A DNA stretch of 64,000 nt from an uncultured Candidatus Saccharibacteria bacterium (lineage in GTDB: Bacteria > Patescibacteriota > Minisyncoccia > Phycocordibacterales > 2-02-FULL-43-11). The notes under the pieces are model-generated. The model had not been told where the DNA came from and did no database searches. It was given only the letters and a program-made list of their open reading frames with translations. Of the stretch, positions 48,714-58,907 are shown piece after piece (position 1 is the stretch's first letter; every line of letters begins with the position of its first letter). The DNA is taken from NCBI GenBank assembly GCA_964348785.1, contig CAYGDO010000002.1:66238-130237 (forward strand), in the 5' to 3' direction. Made by a program: the position numbers and the translations under genes.

Positions 48714-49733
48714 CTACCTCAAATATTTCTCCTTATTCAAAACATGTTCATCGTGTGTCGAAGCGTAATACATTTTGCCATCCTTACCAGTTAAATAATA
48801 AAGATAATTAGATTTTTTTGGATAAATAACAGCTTTAATAGAATCAAGCCCCGGATTGGTTATTGGGGTAGGAGGCAAACCAATTCTAGTATAAGTATTG
48901 TAAGGAGAATCCTCTTTTAAATCCTCAGTAGTTAAAGTAAAAGAATGTTTACCATTCCAATATCGAAAGACCGCATCCACTTGAAGTGGCATCTTTATAT
49001 CCAATCTTTTCCACAAAATTCCAGCAATCATTTGTTTACTTAAATAATCCTTACCCTCTTCTTCAACAATAGAGGCCATATTTATTATTTGATCTAAAGT
49101 GCGTTTGGTTTTTTTAATATCTGATTCAAGAGGTTTAATCTTTAATAAAAAATTATTGTTCAAAGTTTTTATAACATCATCGGGGCTTACATCATACAAA
49201 AATAAATAAGTGTCAGGAAAAAGTTTTCCTTCAAAAGCTAACGCTTTTTTTACAAATTCCTCACTTTTAAAATCACTAATTTTTTGTTTCAAAATTTCTG
49301 CCATTTCTTTGACGGATGTTCCTTCAGGAAAAACAAACTCTAGAGATTCAAAGCCCCTCTTTCCTTCAACCAAACGGTACAAAACAAAAAAAAGATTTTG
49401 CCTTTTATCAAATAAATAAGCCTCAGCTTTAACCTTTGCGTCACCCGGAAAAAAAGAAACCAAAACCCTAAAAGCTAAAGGTGATTTTATAATTTTTTCT
49501 TTATCCAGTCTTAAAGCGACCGCATTTAAAGTCTCACCTTTTTCAATTTTAAAAATAAAACTTTTTTCTCCTTTGAGAAAATTAACCGGAGTTGCAATAA
49601 AAATAAAATAAAAAACTAAAAAAATAAAGCCGAAAAACCCAAAGATATAAAATAATCGTTTGAGTCTAGAATCCCTTTTACCGTACAAATCAAAAAAATG
49701 ATTGTCTCTTATATTTTTATTGTCAAAATCCAT
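48714..49733 (-). CDS. mltG: endolytic murein transglycosylase MltG (YceG family)
   Basis: N-terminal TM. '...GLPPTPITNPGLDSIKAVIYP...YLYYLTGKDGKMYYASTHDEHVLNKEKY' YceG motif. Confidence 0.8.
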   Translation of the reverse strand: MDFDNKNIRDNHFFDLYGKRDSRLKRLFYIFGFFGFIFLVFYFIFIATPVNFLKGEKSFIFKIEKGETLNAVALRLDKEKIIKSPLAFRVLVSFFPGDAKVKAEAYLFDKRQNLFFVLYRLVEGKRGFESLEFVFPEGTSVKEMAEILKQKISDFKSEEFVKKALAFEGKLFPDTYLFLYDVSPDDVIKTLNNNFLLKIKPLESDIKKTKRTLDQIINMASIVEEEGKDYLSKQMIAGILWKRLDIKMPLQVDAVFRYWNGKHSFTLTTEDLKEDSPYNTYTRIGLPPTPITNPGLDSIKAVIYPKKSNYLYYLTGKDGKMYYASTHDEHVLNKEKYLR

Positions 49734-49739
49734 AAAAAA

Positions 49740-51119
49740 CTAACGTGGTAAATTGGTAGGCGGCTCCGATTTCTTTGAAGGAATTCTACCCAAAGTTGGA
49801 GTGCCAGCGACAGTACCAGGAAAATGAAAAATTGTTGCCAATTCTTCAGTCATTAAAATCATAGGCGTAGCTTCAAAATTCTTAAACGGATACTGAAAAA
49901 AAGACCGCATTTTGTAAGCTTCAAGCATTTCCTCCTCCATAACGTTTCTTCTAAATCTTTTCAAATCTCTCCACGGTTCATCTGGATCCGTATACCAGCC
50001 AAGCTTAAAGCCATTTGAGTTAGCTGAATTATATTGACGAAAACTACCAACCAAACCAGTTATAGAAATTGGTGTAAAAGATTCTTTAGTACAAACATAT
50101 ATACCACGAATGATAGCTTCAAACGGAAATTTGTCTCGGCTGCGCTCAAGAGATTTTATAGTTTCAATTTGTCCAGGAGTATAATTTGGAAAACCTGGAA
50201 TTTTTTCTCCATCGGAATTTATTCTAACGGAGGTCGCCTCTTTCTTTATTTCCGCTATCTTCTCATCTATTTCCTCTTTCCAGTCACCTTTCAATCCTAA
50301 AAATCTACCGTCAATAGTCTTTTCTTTTCTATGGGCTTGAACAATTATCTGAATCCAAACCTGCTCACCCTTCTTTAAAGATCCTAAGTATTCTAAAACG
50401 GAAGTCATTGGATCAATTTTAAATTCTTCTTTTGTATCTAGTTTATCTAAACCATAATCTACATATGTTTTTATAGGGAAAACATCTTCTTTTTCTAAAG
50501 TGAAATAGGTTCCCCACATCGGAAAATTAATTGGGTCGTGATGAATAGATTTTGTATAATCTTCGGCTTCATAAATCTCGATAGTTGGATACTGAGCATA
50601 AAGTTGAGCTTCTATTAAATTTCTCCATTTTTTCAAAGCCCAAATAAAAAACCTTACTTCACCATCAATGGAAGCTATTTCAAAAGAAAACCAAGGCCTT
50701 ACCTTTCCTAAAGAAAAAGCTTCCTTGGTAGTTGCGGAACCAGTTTGATATAAAGAAGTAAAAAATATCTCCATTGCCAGGGGGCTTTTATTGGTCTCTT
50801 TAGGGATTTTTATTTCAAGAAGAACTGACCCCTCTTTCCTTATCCAAGCAGCCCTTATGTATCTCATATAATAGTTGAAAAGTATGTTAGCCAAAATCAA
50901 AGGAACAAAAAATGGTGCAAAAACCATAACCATTTTGATAACCCCAAAAATTATCGGGCTATGAAAGAAAAAACCTCCAAAAAAATAAACTGAGACTAAA
51001 ATACCTAAAAAAGAAAGCCAAAAGACCGACCACTCCAAAAAATGTCCGCTTTTTGGTTCAGCCAGTTTATAAAATAAATCTAAAAGTTCGTAAAAAAGTT
51101 TTTTAAGAAACTTCAACAC
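49740..51119 (-). CDS. hypothetical membrane protein (459 aa)
   Basis: Two N-terminal TM helices. No assignable motif. Confidence 0.45.
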   Translation of the reverse strand: MLKFLKKLFYELLDLFYKLAEPKSGHFLEWSVFWLSFLGILVSVYFFGGFFFHSPIIFGVIKMVMVFAPFFVPLILANILFNYYMRYIRAAWIRKEGSVLLEIKIPKETNKSPLAMEIFFTSLYQTGSATTKEAFSLGKVRPWFSFEIASIDGEVRFFIWALKKWRNLIEAQLYAQYPTIEIYEAEDYTKSIHHDPINFPMWGTYFTLEKEDVFPIKTYVDYGLDKLDTKEEFKIDPMTSVLEYLGSLKKGEQVWIQIIVQAHRKEKTIDGRFLGLKGDWKEEIDEKIAEIKKEATSVRINSDGEKIPGFPNYTPGQIETIKSLERSRDKFPFEAIIRGIYVCTKESFTPISITGLVGSFRQYNSANSNGFKLGWYTDPDEPWRDLKRFRRNVMEEEMLEAYKMRSFFQYPFKNFEATPMILMTEELATIFHFPGTVAGTPTLGRIPSKKSEPPTNLPR

Positions 51120-51191
51120 AACTCTATTTTACATCATATTTAGAAATCAAAAAACCGTCCTTTTTAAAAAAGACGGTTTTTTGATTAAAAT

Positions 51192-52229
51192 TTACGATAT
51201 ATGGTACCTATTCTCTTTATCTTTATAAAAATATCGAGTATTTTGTAGATTAACCAAAATGGTATTTTCCTTTACGTATCTTTCTTTCATGACCTTATCA
51301 ATAATCTCCTGTTTAGTCATCGGACCATTTTTATCCAAAACCTTCTTTATTACGTCTTTGACTACGCCAGAAACATAACCCCACTCCGACAAAGCATAAA
51401 GACCTCTACCCACCAAAACAAATCTTTTATCTTTTATGAGTTCATTGTGAGTGGTGGCAATGTGAGCCTTTTTACCAAAAAGTTTTTCAATAGATTTGGC
51501 TACTTCCACAAAGTGAATCGGTGAACCGTGTTTTCTAAGAACCAAAAAAGCGTAATCTCTTATACCTTTTGCTTTAATATTCGGAGAAGAAACTAAACCC
51601 CATTCACCAAGAGGATTTTTACCAATGGTCTTTGAAATCGATAACCATCTTCTGATAATGTCGTCCTTCTTATAATGATCGGCAACATCCTCAACATGAG
51701 TCAAAAATTGAGCAATAATATCAAGTTCTGAAACTAAATGGTCTTCATTCAAATTTTCATAAAGTTTTTTTAATGCCTTGTGAACTTTCTCAGCGAGTTG
51801 TTCATTAACATACCAACGATGTTTAAAATGGTCATCATCTTTTTCTTTTTTGAACGAACCTCCTAACACCAAAAGAAAATGTATGTGGTTCTGTATACTT
51901 TTATCATTTGAGATATGGTTCAATAGATCATCCTCTCCAACCATTCCACCAAGAGTCTCCAAGAGTTGCTCTAATTCAACAAAAACATCCTTTTCTTTAG
52001 AATAGATTTCTGACTTTTTTATACTATGAAGAGCGTAATTTTCTATTTGCCTAACTCTTTCTCTTGTAATGCCATATTTCTTGCCAATAGCCTCCAGTGT
52101 CATCTTGTGAGAATCCTTTCCTAAACCAAATCTGCCCGTCAAAACATCCCTTGCTCTGTCAGGCAAAGCGGTTAGAAGTCTCTTCACTACCTGCTTTGGC
52201 TTGCTATTTATTGCATTTTTGGCACTCAT
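51192..52229 (-). CDS. sigma-70 region-4-like HTH domain protein
   Basis: 'TLEAIGKKYGITRERVRQIE' region-4.2-like HTH at the N-terminus. C-terminal HTH-like 'GPMTKQEIIDKV'. Confidence 0.5.
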   Translation of the reverse strand: MSAKNAINSKPKQVVKRLLTALPDRARDVLTGRFGLGKDSHKMTLEAIGKKYGITRERVRQIENYALHSIKKSEIYSKEKDVFVELEQLLETLGGMVGEDDLLNHISNDKSIQNHIHFLLVLGGSFKKEKDDDHFKHRWYVNEQLAEKVHKALKKLYENLNEDHLVSELDIIAQFLTHVEDVADHYKKDDIIRRWLSISKTIGKNPLGEWGLVSSPNIKAKGIRDYAFLVLRKHGSPIHFVEVAKSIEKLFGKKAHIATTHNELIKDKRFVLVGRGLYALSEWGYVSGVVKDVIKKVLDKNGPMTKQEIIDKVMKERYVKENTILVNLQNTRYFYKDKENRYHIS

Positions 52230-52336
52230 TTTTTTATTTTTATAAATTTAAGTAATTAATCAAAACAATTGGAGATTGTTTTTTATCATTAACTATCATT
52301 CTAGTCAAGTCAAGACTTTTGTCAATAGTTAAACCG

Positions 52337-55300
52337 CTAAACGACCAAACTTACCAGCTTACCTTTAACATAAATTTCCTTTTTTATACTCTTACCCTCT
52401 ATCCAATTCTGCACCTCTTTAAGGCTTTTTGCCCTAGCAAACACTTCATCTTCCGATATGTCCTTCGAAACTAAAAATTGCCCTCTAATTTTGCCATTTA
52501 TTTGAACCATTATCATAAACTCATCATCAACCATCTTAGTTTCATCATATTTTGGCCAACTTTCTAGCGCAATAATGTCTTTATTCCCTAACTCATTCCA
52601 TAGTTCTTCCGCTAAATGAGGGGCGAATGGCGAAAAAATTTTAAGATAATCTTCAAACATCTTTTTTGGAACAAAATCAGAAGAATCCATCTCATTGGCA
52701 CAAATCATAAGAGCTGAAATGGTCGTGTTAAATCTCATACCCTCTATATCTTCACCAACTTTTTTTATAGTCTTATGAACAAGAGTTTCTAATTTATTAT
52801 TAATGTTTTCTTTTGTAGCCTCTATCCTAGAGTTGGCGAGCTGGCTTACAACTTTTTGTCCTATTCTCCATACTTTTTCAACAAATCTTCTTGCTCCAAC
52901 AATTCCATCAACACTCCAACTAATGGCCTGATCAAAAGGTCCCATAAACATTTCATAAATGCGCAAAGAATCAGCACCAAGTTTGTTTACAATATCATCA
53001 GGATTTATAACGTTCCCTTTAGATTTGGACATTTTTACGCCACCTTCTGCCAAAATAAGACCGTGGGAAGTTCTCTTATTATAGGGTTCTTTGGTTGGCA
53101 CAACACCAATATCAAATAAAAATTTATGCCAAAAACGAGAATACAAAAGGTGCAATGTTGTATGTTCCATTCCACCGTTATACCAATCCACGGGGCCAGT
53201 TTTTAGTTGATAGTTTTTAGTTGATAGTTTTTCGGAAATACCGGACCAATAATTAAATTCTTTATCAAAATCTTGAATCTTTAATTTTTTATTTTTGATT
53301 TTTGATTTCATCAAATACGCGAGGTAATACCAAGAACTACCGGCCCAATTTGGCATAGTGTCAGTCTCTCTTCTAGCATGCCCTCCACAATGAGGACATT
53401 TTGTATTCACCCATTTTTCAATAGATGATAAAGGTGACTCACCGTCATCAGTTGGTTGATATTTCTCCACATTGGGTAATTTAACAGGCAAATCTTTTTC
53501 TGGAACTGGGATAAATCCCGATGGAATTGTTAGACCAAAAACTGCTGGTTCATCAGATCCACAAAAATGTCTATCAGAAGGATAAGCAAAATTGACTTCA
53601 ACTCCATATGCTAAGGCCAAAGCATCATTTTCTTTTTTTGGAATAACGCCCTCCGAACTATCACCTAGCACTTCAACAAATTTTGTCTTAGTCCGAGCTT
53701 TTTTGAAATCAAACTCCCAATCATTACTTTTTTCAACACCCTCTCTTCTCTTATCAGAAAAGTTGGGGCTAATAAAGCTGTCTACAAAAACTACTTTATG
53801 AATTTTCGTCTTGAGTCTCGGCAAAAGCTTGTGGACAACAATTCCCCCCAAACTGTGGGCAACGATAATCGTATTTTCATTAAATTCAACATTTTTAAGC
53901 AAAAAATCTACCTGTTCGTCTATTTTTATACCATCCTTACCAATCGGTAAATTTTTAGCAAAGACCGAGTGCCCACCCGCTAATAATCTTCTTTTGAGTT
54001 CCGGGAAAAAATTAGCGTCTACTGAACCACCTCTGCCATGAATGATGACAAAATTAAATTTTTGCTTGGCACATTGTTCACAAAAAACTACTGGAATTGG
54101 TTCACCCCAATAATGTTGTCTTGAAAAAACCCAATCGCGAAGTTTATAATTAATAGCTTTTTTGCCCCAACCATTTTTAATCAAAAACTTTATGATGTCT
54201 TCCCGCGCCTCATCCCATCTTCGCCCTTTGAATTCTACCGGCTCTTCAAGAATACCATCCTCCTCCCGATAAAAAATTTCTTGTTTCCTAACAAGCTCGG
54301 CCTTAACCTCGTCTTTTGGAAAAAGCACTGGATGAAGTGGTATATCGAATTTTTTGGCAAAAGCATAATCTCGTTCATCATGAAAACTACAATTAACAAC
54401 ACCCGTACCATAATCAGAGACAACAAACGAAGCGACCCAGATTGGTAACTGTCTTTTAGCTGGAATATAATCAACATATCGCCCTGTAAAAATTCCATCC
54501 ATCTCACCTGTCTTTTCGTAAACACCGTTTGAACGTTTAGCAATCATCTCTTTCGCCTTCTTCATTACACCGTCCTCAAACTGTGTACCTTTTACTAGTT
54601 CAAAAAGCTTTGGATGATCCGGAGCAATTACAGTGAAAGTCTGCGCCATATAGGTTTGAGGAATTGAATCATACATCTCAAAATGCATATCTAGATCTTT
54701 AACTTTGAACTGTAGATTAACTCCTTCTGAACGTCCGATCCAATTTCTTTGCTGAATTTTTATTTTTTCCAAAAAATTTACATCGTCTAAATCTTTATCC
54801 AATCTGTCAGCATATTTTGTAATAGCAAGCATCCACTGCTCTTTGTCTTTCTTTTCAACTGGAGTACCACATCTTTCACAACATCCATCAACCACCTCTT
54901 CATTTGCTAAACCAATTTTATCTTTTGGACACCAATTTATAGGCATTTTCTTTTTGTATGCCAAACCATGTTTCAACAATTGAAGAAAAATCCATTGCGT
55001 CCATTTGTAATATTTAGGATCAGTAGTATTTATTTCTCTATCCCAATCAAAAGAAAATCCTACCGCCTTCAACTGCCTCCTGAAAGTATCTGTGTTTTGT
55101 TTAGTAACCTTTATGGGATGAATACCTGTTTTGATAGCATAATTTTCTGTTGGTAATCCGAAAGCATCCCAACCAATAGGATACAAAACATTAAAACCCT
55201 CCATCCTTCTTTTTCGACAAATCACATCCATAGCTGTATTCGAGCGAATATGCCCAACGTGAAGTCCATCGCCTGAAGGATAAGGAAATTCAATCAACCC

Positions 55301-55402
55301 GTAAAATTTAGGTTTTTTACTTCCATCAACGGCCTTGAAAATTTTCTTCTTTTCCCAAACTTTTTGCCATTTATTTTCTATCTTTTTATGGTCATAATCC
55401 AT
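52337..55402 (-). CDS. leuS: leucine--tRNA ligase carrying an inserted alpha/beta-hydrolase-like domain
   Basis: 'P..GDGLHVGH' HIGH, 'KMSKSKGN'. CP1 'IWVASFVVSDYGTGVVNCSFHDERDYAFAKKF'. About 230-aa insertion between 'CEQCAK' and 'KCPHCGG' contains 'IIHGRGGS' and 'AHSLGG'. Confidence 0.9.
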   Translation of the reverse strand: MDYDHKKIENKWQKVWEKKKIFKAVDGSKKPKFYGLIEFPYPSGDGLHVGHIRSNTAMDVICRKRRMEGFNVLYPIGWDAFGLPTENYAIKTGIHPIKVTKQNTDTFRRQLKAVGFSFDWDREINTTDPKYYKWTQWIFLQLLKHGLAYKKKMPINWCPKDKIGLANEEVVDGCCERCGTPVEKKDKEQWMLAITKYADRLDKDLDDVNFLEKIKIQQRNWIGRSEGVNLQFKVKDLDMHFEMYDSIPQTYMAQTFTVIAPDHPKLFELVKGTQFEDGVMKKAKEMIAKRSNGVYEKTGEMDGIFTGRYVDYIPAKRQLPIWVASFVVSDYGTGVVNCSFHDERDYAFAKKFDIPLHPVLFPKDEVKAELVRKQEIFYREEDGILEEPVEFKGRRWDEAREDIIKFLIKNGWGKKAINYKLRDWVFSRQHYWGEPIPVVFCEQCAKQKFNFVIIHGRGGSVDANFFPELKRRLLAGGHSVFAKNLPIGKDGIKIDEQVDFLLKNVEFNENTIIVAHSLGGIVVHKLLPRLKTKIHKVVFVDSFISPNFSDKRREGVEKSNDWEFDFKKARTKTKFVEVLGDSSEGVIPKKENDALALAYGVEVNFAYPSDRHFCGSDEPAVFGLTIPSGFIPVPEKDLPVKLPNVEKYQPTDDGESPLSSIEKWVNTKCPHCGGHARRETDTMPNWAGSSWYYLAYLMKSKIKNKKLKIQDFDKEFNYWSGISEKLSTKNYQLKTGPVDWYNGGMEHTTLHLLYSRFWHKFLFDIGVVPTKEPYNKRTSHGLILAEGGVKMSKSKGNVINPDDIVNKLGADSLRIYEMFMGPFDQAISWSVDGIVGARRFVEKVWRIGQKVVSQLANSRIEATKENINNKLETLVHKTIKKVGEDIEGMRFNTTISALMICANEMDSSDFVPKKMFEDYLKIFSPFAPHLAEELWNELGNKDIIALESWPKYDETKMVDDEFMIMVQINGKIRGQFLVSKDISEDEVFARAKSLKEVQNWIEGKSIKKEIYVKGKLVSLVV

Positions 55403-55465
55403 AGCGAAATATTACACTAGAAGTGTCTATTTTCAAAAAAGGAAATTTGATGGGCAAATATACTT

Positions 55466-58400
55466 TTAATTTGTCACAACATCAGTAGAAGAGGCTGTCG
55501 GTTCTATAATCGCCGGCATAGTCGTAGTAGATATATCGATAACAGGTAAAGTTGTTGACGCTTGAGAGTTCGGATTAAAAACAACTACAGTCCTTGTGGA
55601 AGTGGCAAAATTCATCATTGAATCATGGGCAACCCAAACTACTTCATAGGTACCCTCTCTAGATGTGTCCACTGTGCTACTTGCCAAATCAGGCATCAAG
55701 CTTTGCCCTTTAGAATCTAAAGCTGTGGCCCCCAAATCAATATACGTAGAATTTAAAGCGATTTCTGATGGGTTATTACCAATAAGAGTAATGACGGGTG
55801 TAGAAGTTGATACTACATTTGTCTGATTATCAATTTTTATATTAGAAAATACAGTTTTAAATTGTTCTTTAGTAACACATATATCCTCCAAACAAAGTTC
55901 TTTAGTCTCAACTCGATCAAACACTCCTAAAACTGAAGTAATTTTTGAGCCCATCCACTCAGCAACATTTGAGACAAAACTAGAAACCGTAGAAGTTGAA
56001 ATTTTAGATTCTAAATTCAAAATTCTTGATTCAATATCATTTAGACGAATAGAAGAAAAAACCGGAACGGAAATTAAAGTTGAGGAGGCCGTTGAAGATG
56101 CAATGGAAAAAGTGCTTGTTGCCGTCTGCCTCATATTTAAAACTGAAGCCAAATCTTGAACCGCAGAAACTGTTAAAGCTGTTAAGTTGCCATAAGAAAT
56201 ACCTTTACTACCCTCTTCACCAGAAACCACTTCAGGAATTTCTTTCTCGATATCTTGAGCAATAAAACCTATTTGAGGTAAGTGGTTCCCTTTCATCTCA
56301 TAATAAACAGGTTTTAAATTTAAAATGGATTGAAAAGAATATTTATTATTTAAAGGAATAATATTTTCCTTGTACGAAATATCAGATGCGCTAGTCCAAG
56401 CTCCAGCAGCATTTAAAGTCGCAGTATTTAATGACCCCCCTGTATCTCCTCCCAAAAAGGACATTACCCCAGACGTATTCATATATATGCTACGAAAATC
56501 AGTATTACCCGTTTCAGCTATATAAAGACCGCCCGTTTGATCATTAGCCGATTGAGTAATTGATAATCTGGCAGTAGGCGATGTTGTGCCCAATCCAATA
56601 ACACCAGTATTTTTAACTATAAAATCAGTTCTAGTTGAGGAGCCAATAACAAAAGATGGTCCGCCTATGCTATTTGGATTTATAGAAAATTGACCCCATG
56701 GAGTAGTAGTACCAACACCTAAATTACCATCAGAAGATTGTGCATAAAAAGTCGGATATAAATTATTTATAAAAGTTGAAATATATGATGATGTGCCGTG
56801 GATCACATCCTTAAGGCCATCACCATTTACATCCCCGACTGCAATTGAATTACCAGCCCCAACCGTATTATAAAGTTTTCGTGTTCTGAAAGTTCCATTA
56901 CCATTATTAATCAAAACTGATATTTGAGCTGTATTATTATTAGGAATAACTATATCTGGCCTAGTATCATCATTTAAATCACCGATAGCTATAACGAAAG
57001 GATTAACAATAGAAATACTATAAGCAACAGGTGATGCCAAAGTTCCACTAGTACTTCCCATAAAAATTGATACAGTACTTGGACCATTTGCGTTTGTAGA
57101 AACAACGTCATCATAGCCATCACCATCGAAGTCATCTACTCCTACCCAATAAGGCTGACCACTATTTGGCGAATAATCCGTCCTTGTGGCAAGAGTCCCA
57201 TCACCATTATTTAAAAAAATAGAAATTTTTGAACTACTCCAACAAGCAGTTGCGACATCCAACCAACCATCACCGTTAAAATCACCAAAAGTTGCCCCTC
57301 TTGAAGCAGAAAGATTCGAATAAGATACATAAGATGCAAAAGTGCCATCGCCATTATTCAAAAGAACGGAAATACCGCTAGCTCCTTGTGCCACCGCAAC
57401 AATATCATTCCAACCATCCCGATTAATATCACCAATATCGACACCATTAGGCCCAGCGCCAGTTGAATAATCAACTTTATTAGCAAAAGTTCCATCACCA
57501 TTATTTATAAAAACAGAAATAGTATTCGCGGTATAATTCCCAACAATTACATCTTGCGAACCGTCATTGTTTACATCACCTATAATAGAATCAATAGGAT
57601 TTGTACCCGCAGTATAGGTTACAGGAGCAGATAACACACCGGAGCTATTTAAAAACACTGTCATATTACTATTTGTATAATCCACACCAACAGCGTCAAC
57701 CCGTCCGTCACCATTTAAATCAGCAGTTTTGTCTCCCAAGGCGGCGCCAGTTGCAGATAAATCTACTCTTGTAGCAAAACTACTATCCATTTTAGAAACA
57801 GTTAAACCGGATGGTCCATTAACCTTCAGAGAACCAGCAAAAGTAGACGTGGCATTATAAGTATTAGTAGTTAAATTACCAGAAACAAATGCGTCACCAA
57901 CCACAGTAAACTTAACAAAAGGTGAGGATGTACCAACGCCAACATTACCTCCATTAGTGACAACAAAATTTGTAGCGGTAGAAGAACCTATCACAAAAGA
58001 TGGTGTTGTTATGCCATTTGGATTTATAGAAAATTGACCCCAAGGTGTACTAGTCCCGACTCCGATTCTGTTATTAATAGAATCGACATATAAAGTCCCA
58101 GAATCAAAATTGACATCGCTTGAAATTGTAGAAGTACCCGAACTTAAAGAAACAGTGAGTACTCCAGAAATAGTTGTGGAACCGCCAGATAAAGCTCCAG
58201 AAAAATTTCCGGTAACACTATCTAATCCTCCAGTTAAAGTGATAGAAGAACCGGAAAAAGAAGAATCTGAAATTGTGGCTCCACTTATAGTAACACTCGA
58301 TAATTTATCTATTTTATTAGATAAAGATATAGCTTGATAAACAGGAGCTAAAGATAAAGAATTATATGCTTGCTGTTTTTGTTGTTGATTAGCAACTAAA

Positions 58401-58873
58401 TATTTTATTTCGCTAATTTGTCTCTCCAATTTAAGCTTCAAATCATTAACGGAATTATCTATATCATTTTGAGATACACCAGAAATTTCTATTGTTTTAA
58501 TAATTTTTATTTGAGGTTCTTTTTTTTCTTCGGGCACAATATCTTGTGATTGTCTTGGCGTTGTTGAACTAACAACCGTGTTTAAATTTGCACCAAAACT
58601 TAAAGAATTTACAGAAGCCGGCAAATGATTGACCTTATCAAGCAAAACTGAAAAAGATGCTGAGGTATGATTAAAAATTCTAACCACTGTTCTGTTAAAA
58701 TTTAAAGCAAAATAAAAAGGAGCTCTTAAAACTTCAGAAAATGAAAGGGCCGAAGCAAAAGAGGGTGAAAAAATAAAAGAAGTAAACACCAAAATAACCA
58801 AAAAAATGTTTAGATTATTTTTTATGCTTTTATTCCACATACTTAAGACAAAAAACTTTTTTATCTCGTTCAT
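55466..58873 (-). CDS. large secreted surface protein: tail-fiber-like GxGTxTP repeats, FG-GAP beta-propeller, peptidase-S74 intramolecular-chaperone domain, C-terminal Ig-like (DUF5011-like) domain
   Basis: Signal peptide. 'NRIGVGTSTPWGQFSINPN' repeated. Seven 'D(L/V/F)N(G/N/R/D)DG..D' FG-GAP motifs. 'SDISYKENIIPLNN...LKPVYYEMKGNHLPQIGFIAQDIEKEIPEVV' S74 chaperone motif. 'VITLIGNNPSEIALNSTYIDLGATALD' Ig-like. Confidence 0.7.
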   Translation of the reverse strand: MNEIKKFFVLSMWNKSIKNNLNIFLVILVFTSFIFSPSFASALSFSEVLRAPFYFALNFNRTVVRIFNHTSASFSVLLDKVNHLPASVNSLSFGANLNTVVSSTTPRQSQDIVPEEKKEPQIKIIKTIEISGVSQNDIDNSVNDLKLKLERQISEIKYLVANQQQKQQAYNSLSLAPVYQAISLSNKIDKLSSVTISGATISDSSFSGSSITLTGGLDSVTGNFSGALSGGSTTISGVLTVSLSSGTSTISSDVNFDSGTLYVDSINNRIGVGTSTPWGQFSINPNGITTPSFVIGSSTATNFVVTNGGNVGVGTSSPFVKFTVVGDAFVSGNLTTNTYNATSTFAGSLKVNGPSGLTVSKMDSSFATRVDLSATGAALGDKTADLNGDGRVDAVGVDYTNSNMTVFLNSSGVLSAPVTYTAGTNPIDSIIGDVNNDGSQDVIVGNYTANTISVFINNGDGTFANKVDYSTGAGPNGVDIGDINRDGWNDIVAVAQGASGISVLLNNGDGTFASYVSYSNLSASRGATFGDFNGDGWLDVATACWSSSKISIFLNNGDGTLATRTDYSPNSGQPYWVGVDDFDGDGYDDVVSTNANGPSTVSIFMGSTSGTLASPVAYSISIVNPFVIAIGDLNDDTRPDIVIPNNNTAQISVLINNGNGTFRTRKLYNTVGAGNSIAVGDVNGDGLKDVIHGTSSYISTFINNLYPTFYAQSSDGNLGVGTTTPWGQFSINPNSIGGPSFVIGSSTRTDFIVKNTGVIGLGTTSPTARLSITQSANDQTGGLYIAETGNTDFRSIYMNTSGVMSFLGGDTGGSLNTATLNAAGAWTSASDISYKENIIPLNNKYSFQSILNLKPVYYEMKGNHLPQIGFIAQDIEKEIPEVVSGEEGSKGISYGNLTALTVSAVQDLASVLNMRQTATSTFSIASSTASSTLISVPVFSSIRLNDIESRILNLESKISTSTVSSFVSNVAEWMGSKITSVLGVFDRVETKELCLEDICVTKEQFKTVFSNIKIDNQTNVVSTSTPVITLIGNNPSEIALNSTYIDLGATALDSKGQSLMPDLASSTVDTSREGTYEVVWVAHDSMMNFATSTRTVVVFNPNSQASTTLPVIDISTTTMPAIIEPTASSTDVVTN

Positions 58874-58907
58874 TTTAGCACGAAAACAAAAAAATTATGT
58901 GGAAAAG

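Noticed and set aside
52337-55402. Intein in leuS
   Set aside because: The insert lacks intein N-terminal Cys/Ser and C-terminal HN-Cys/Ser/Thr junctions. It has HGGG and GxSxG esterase motifs instead.
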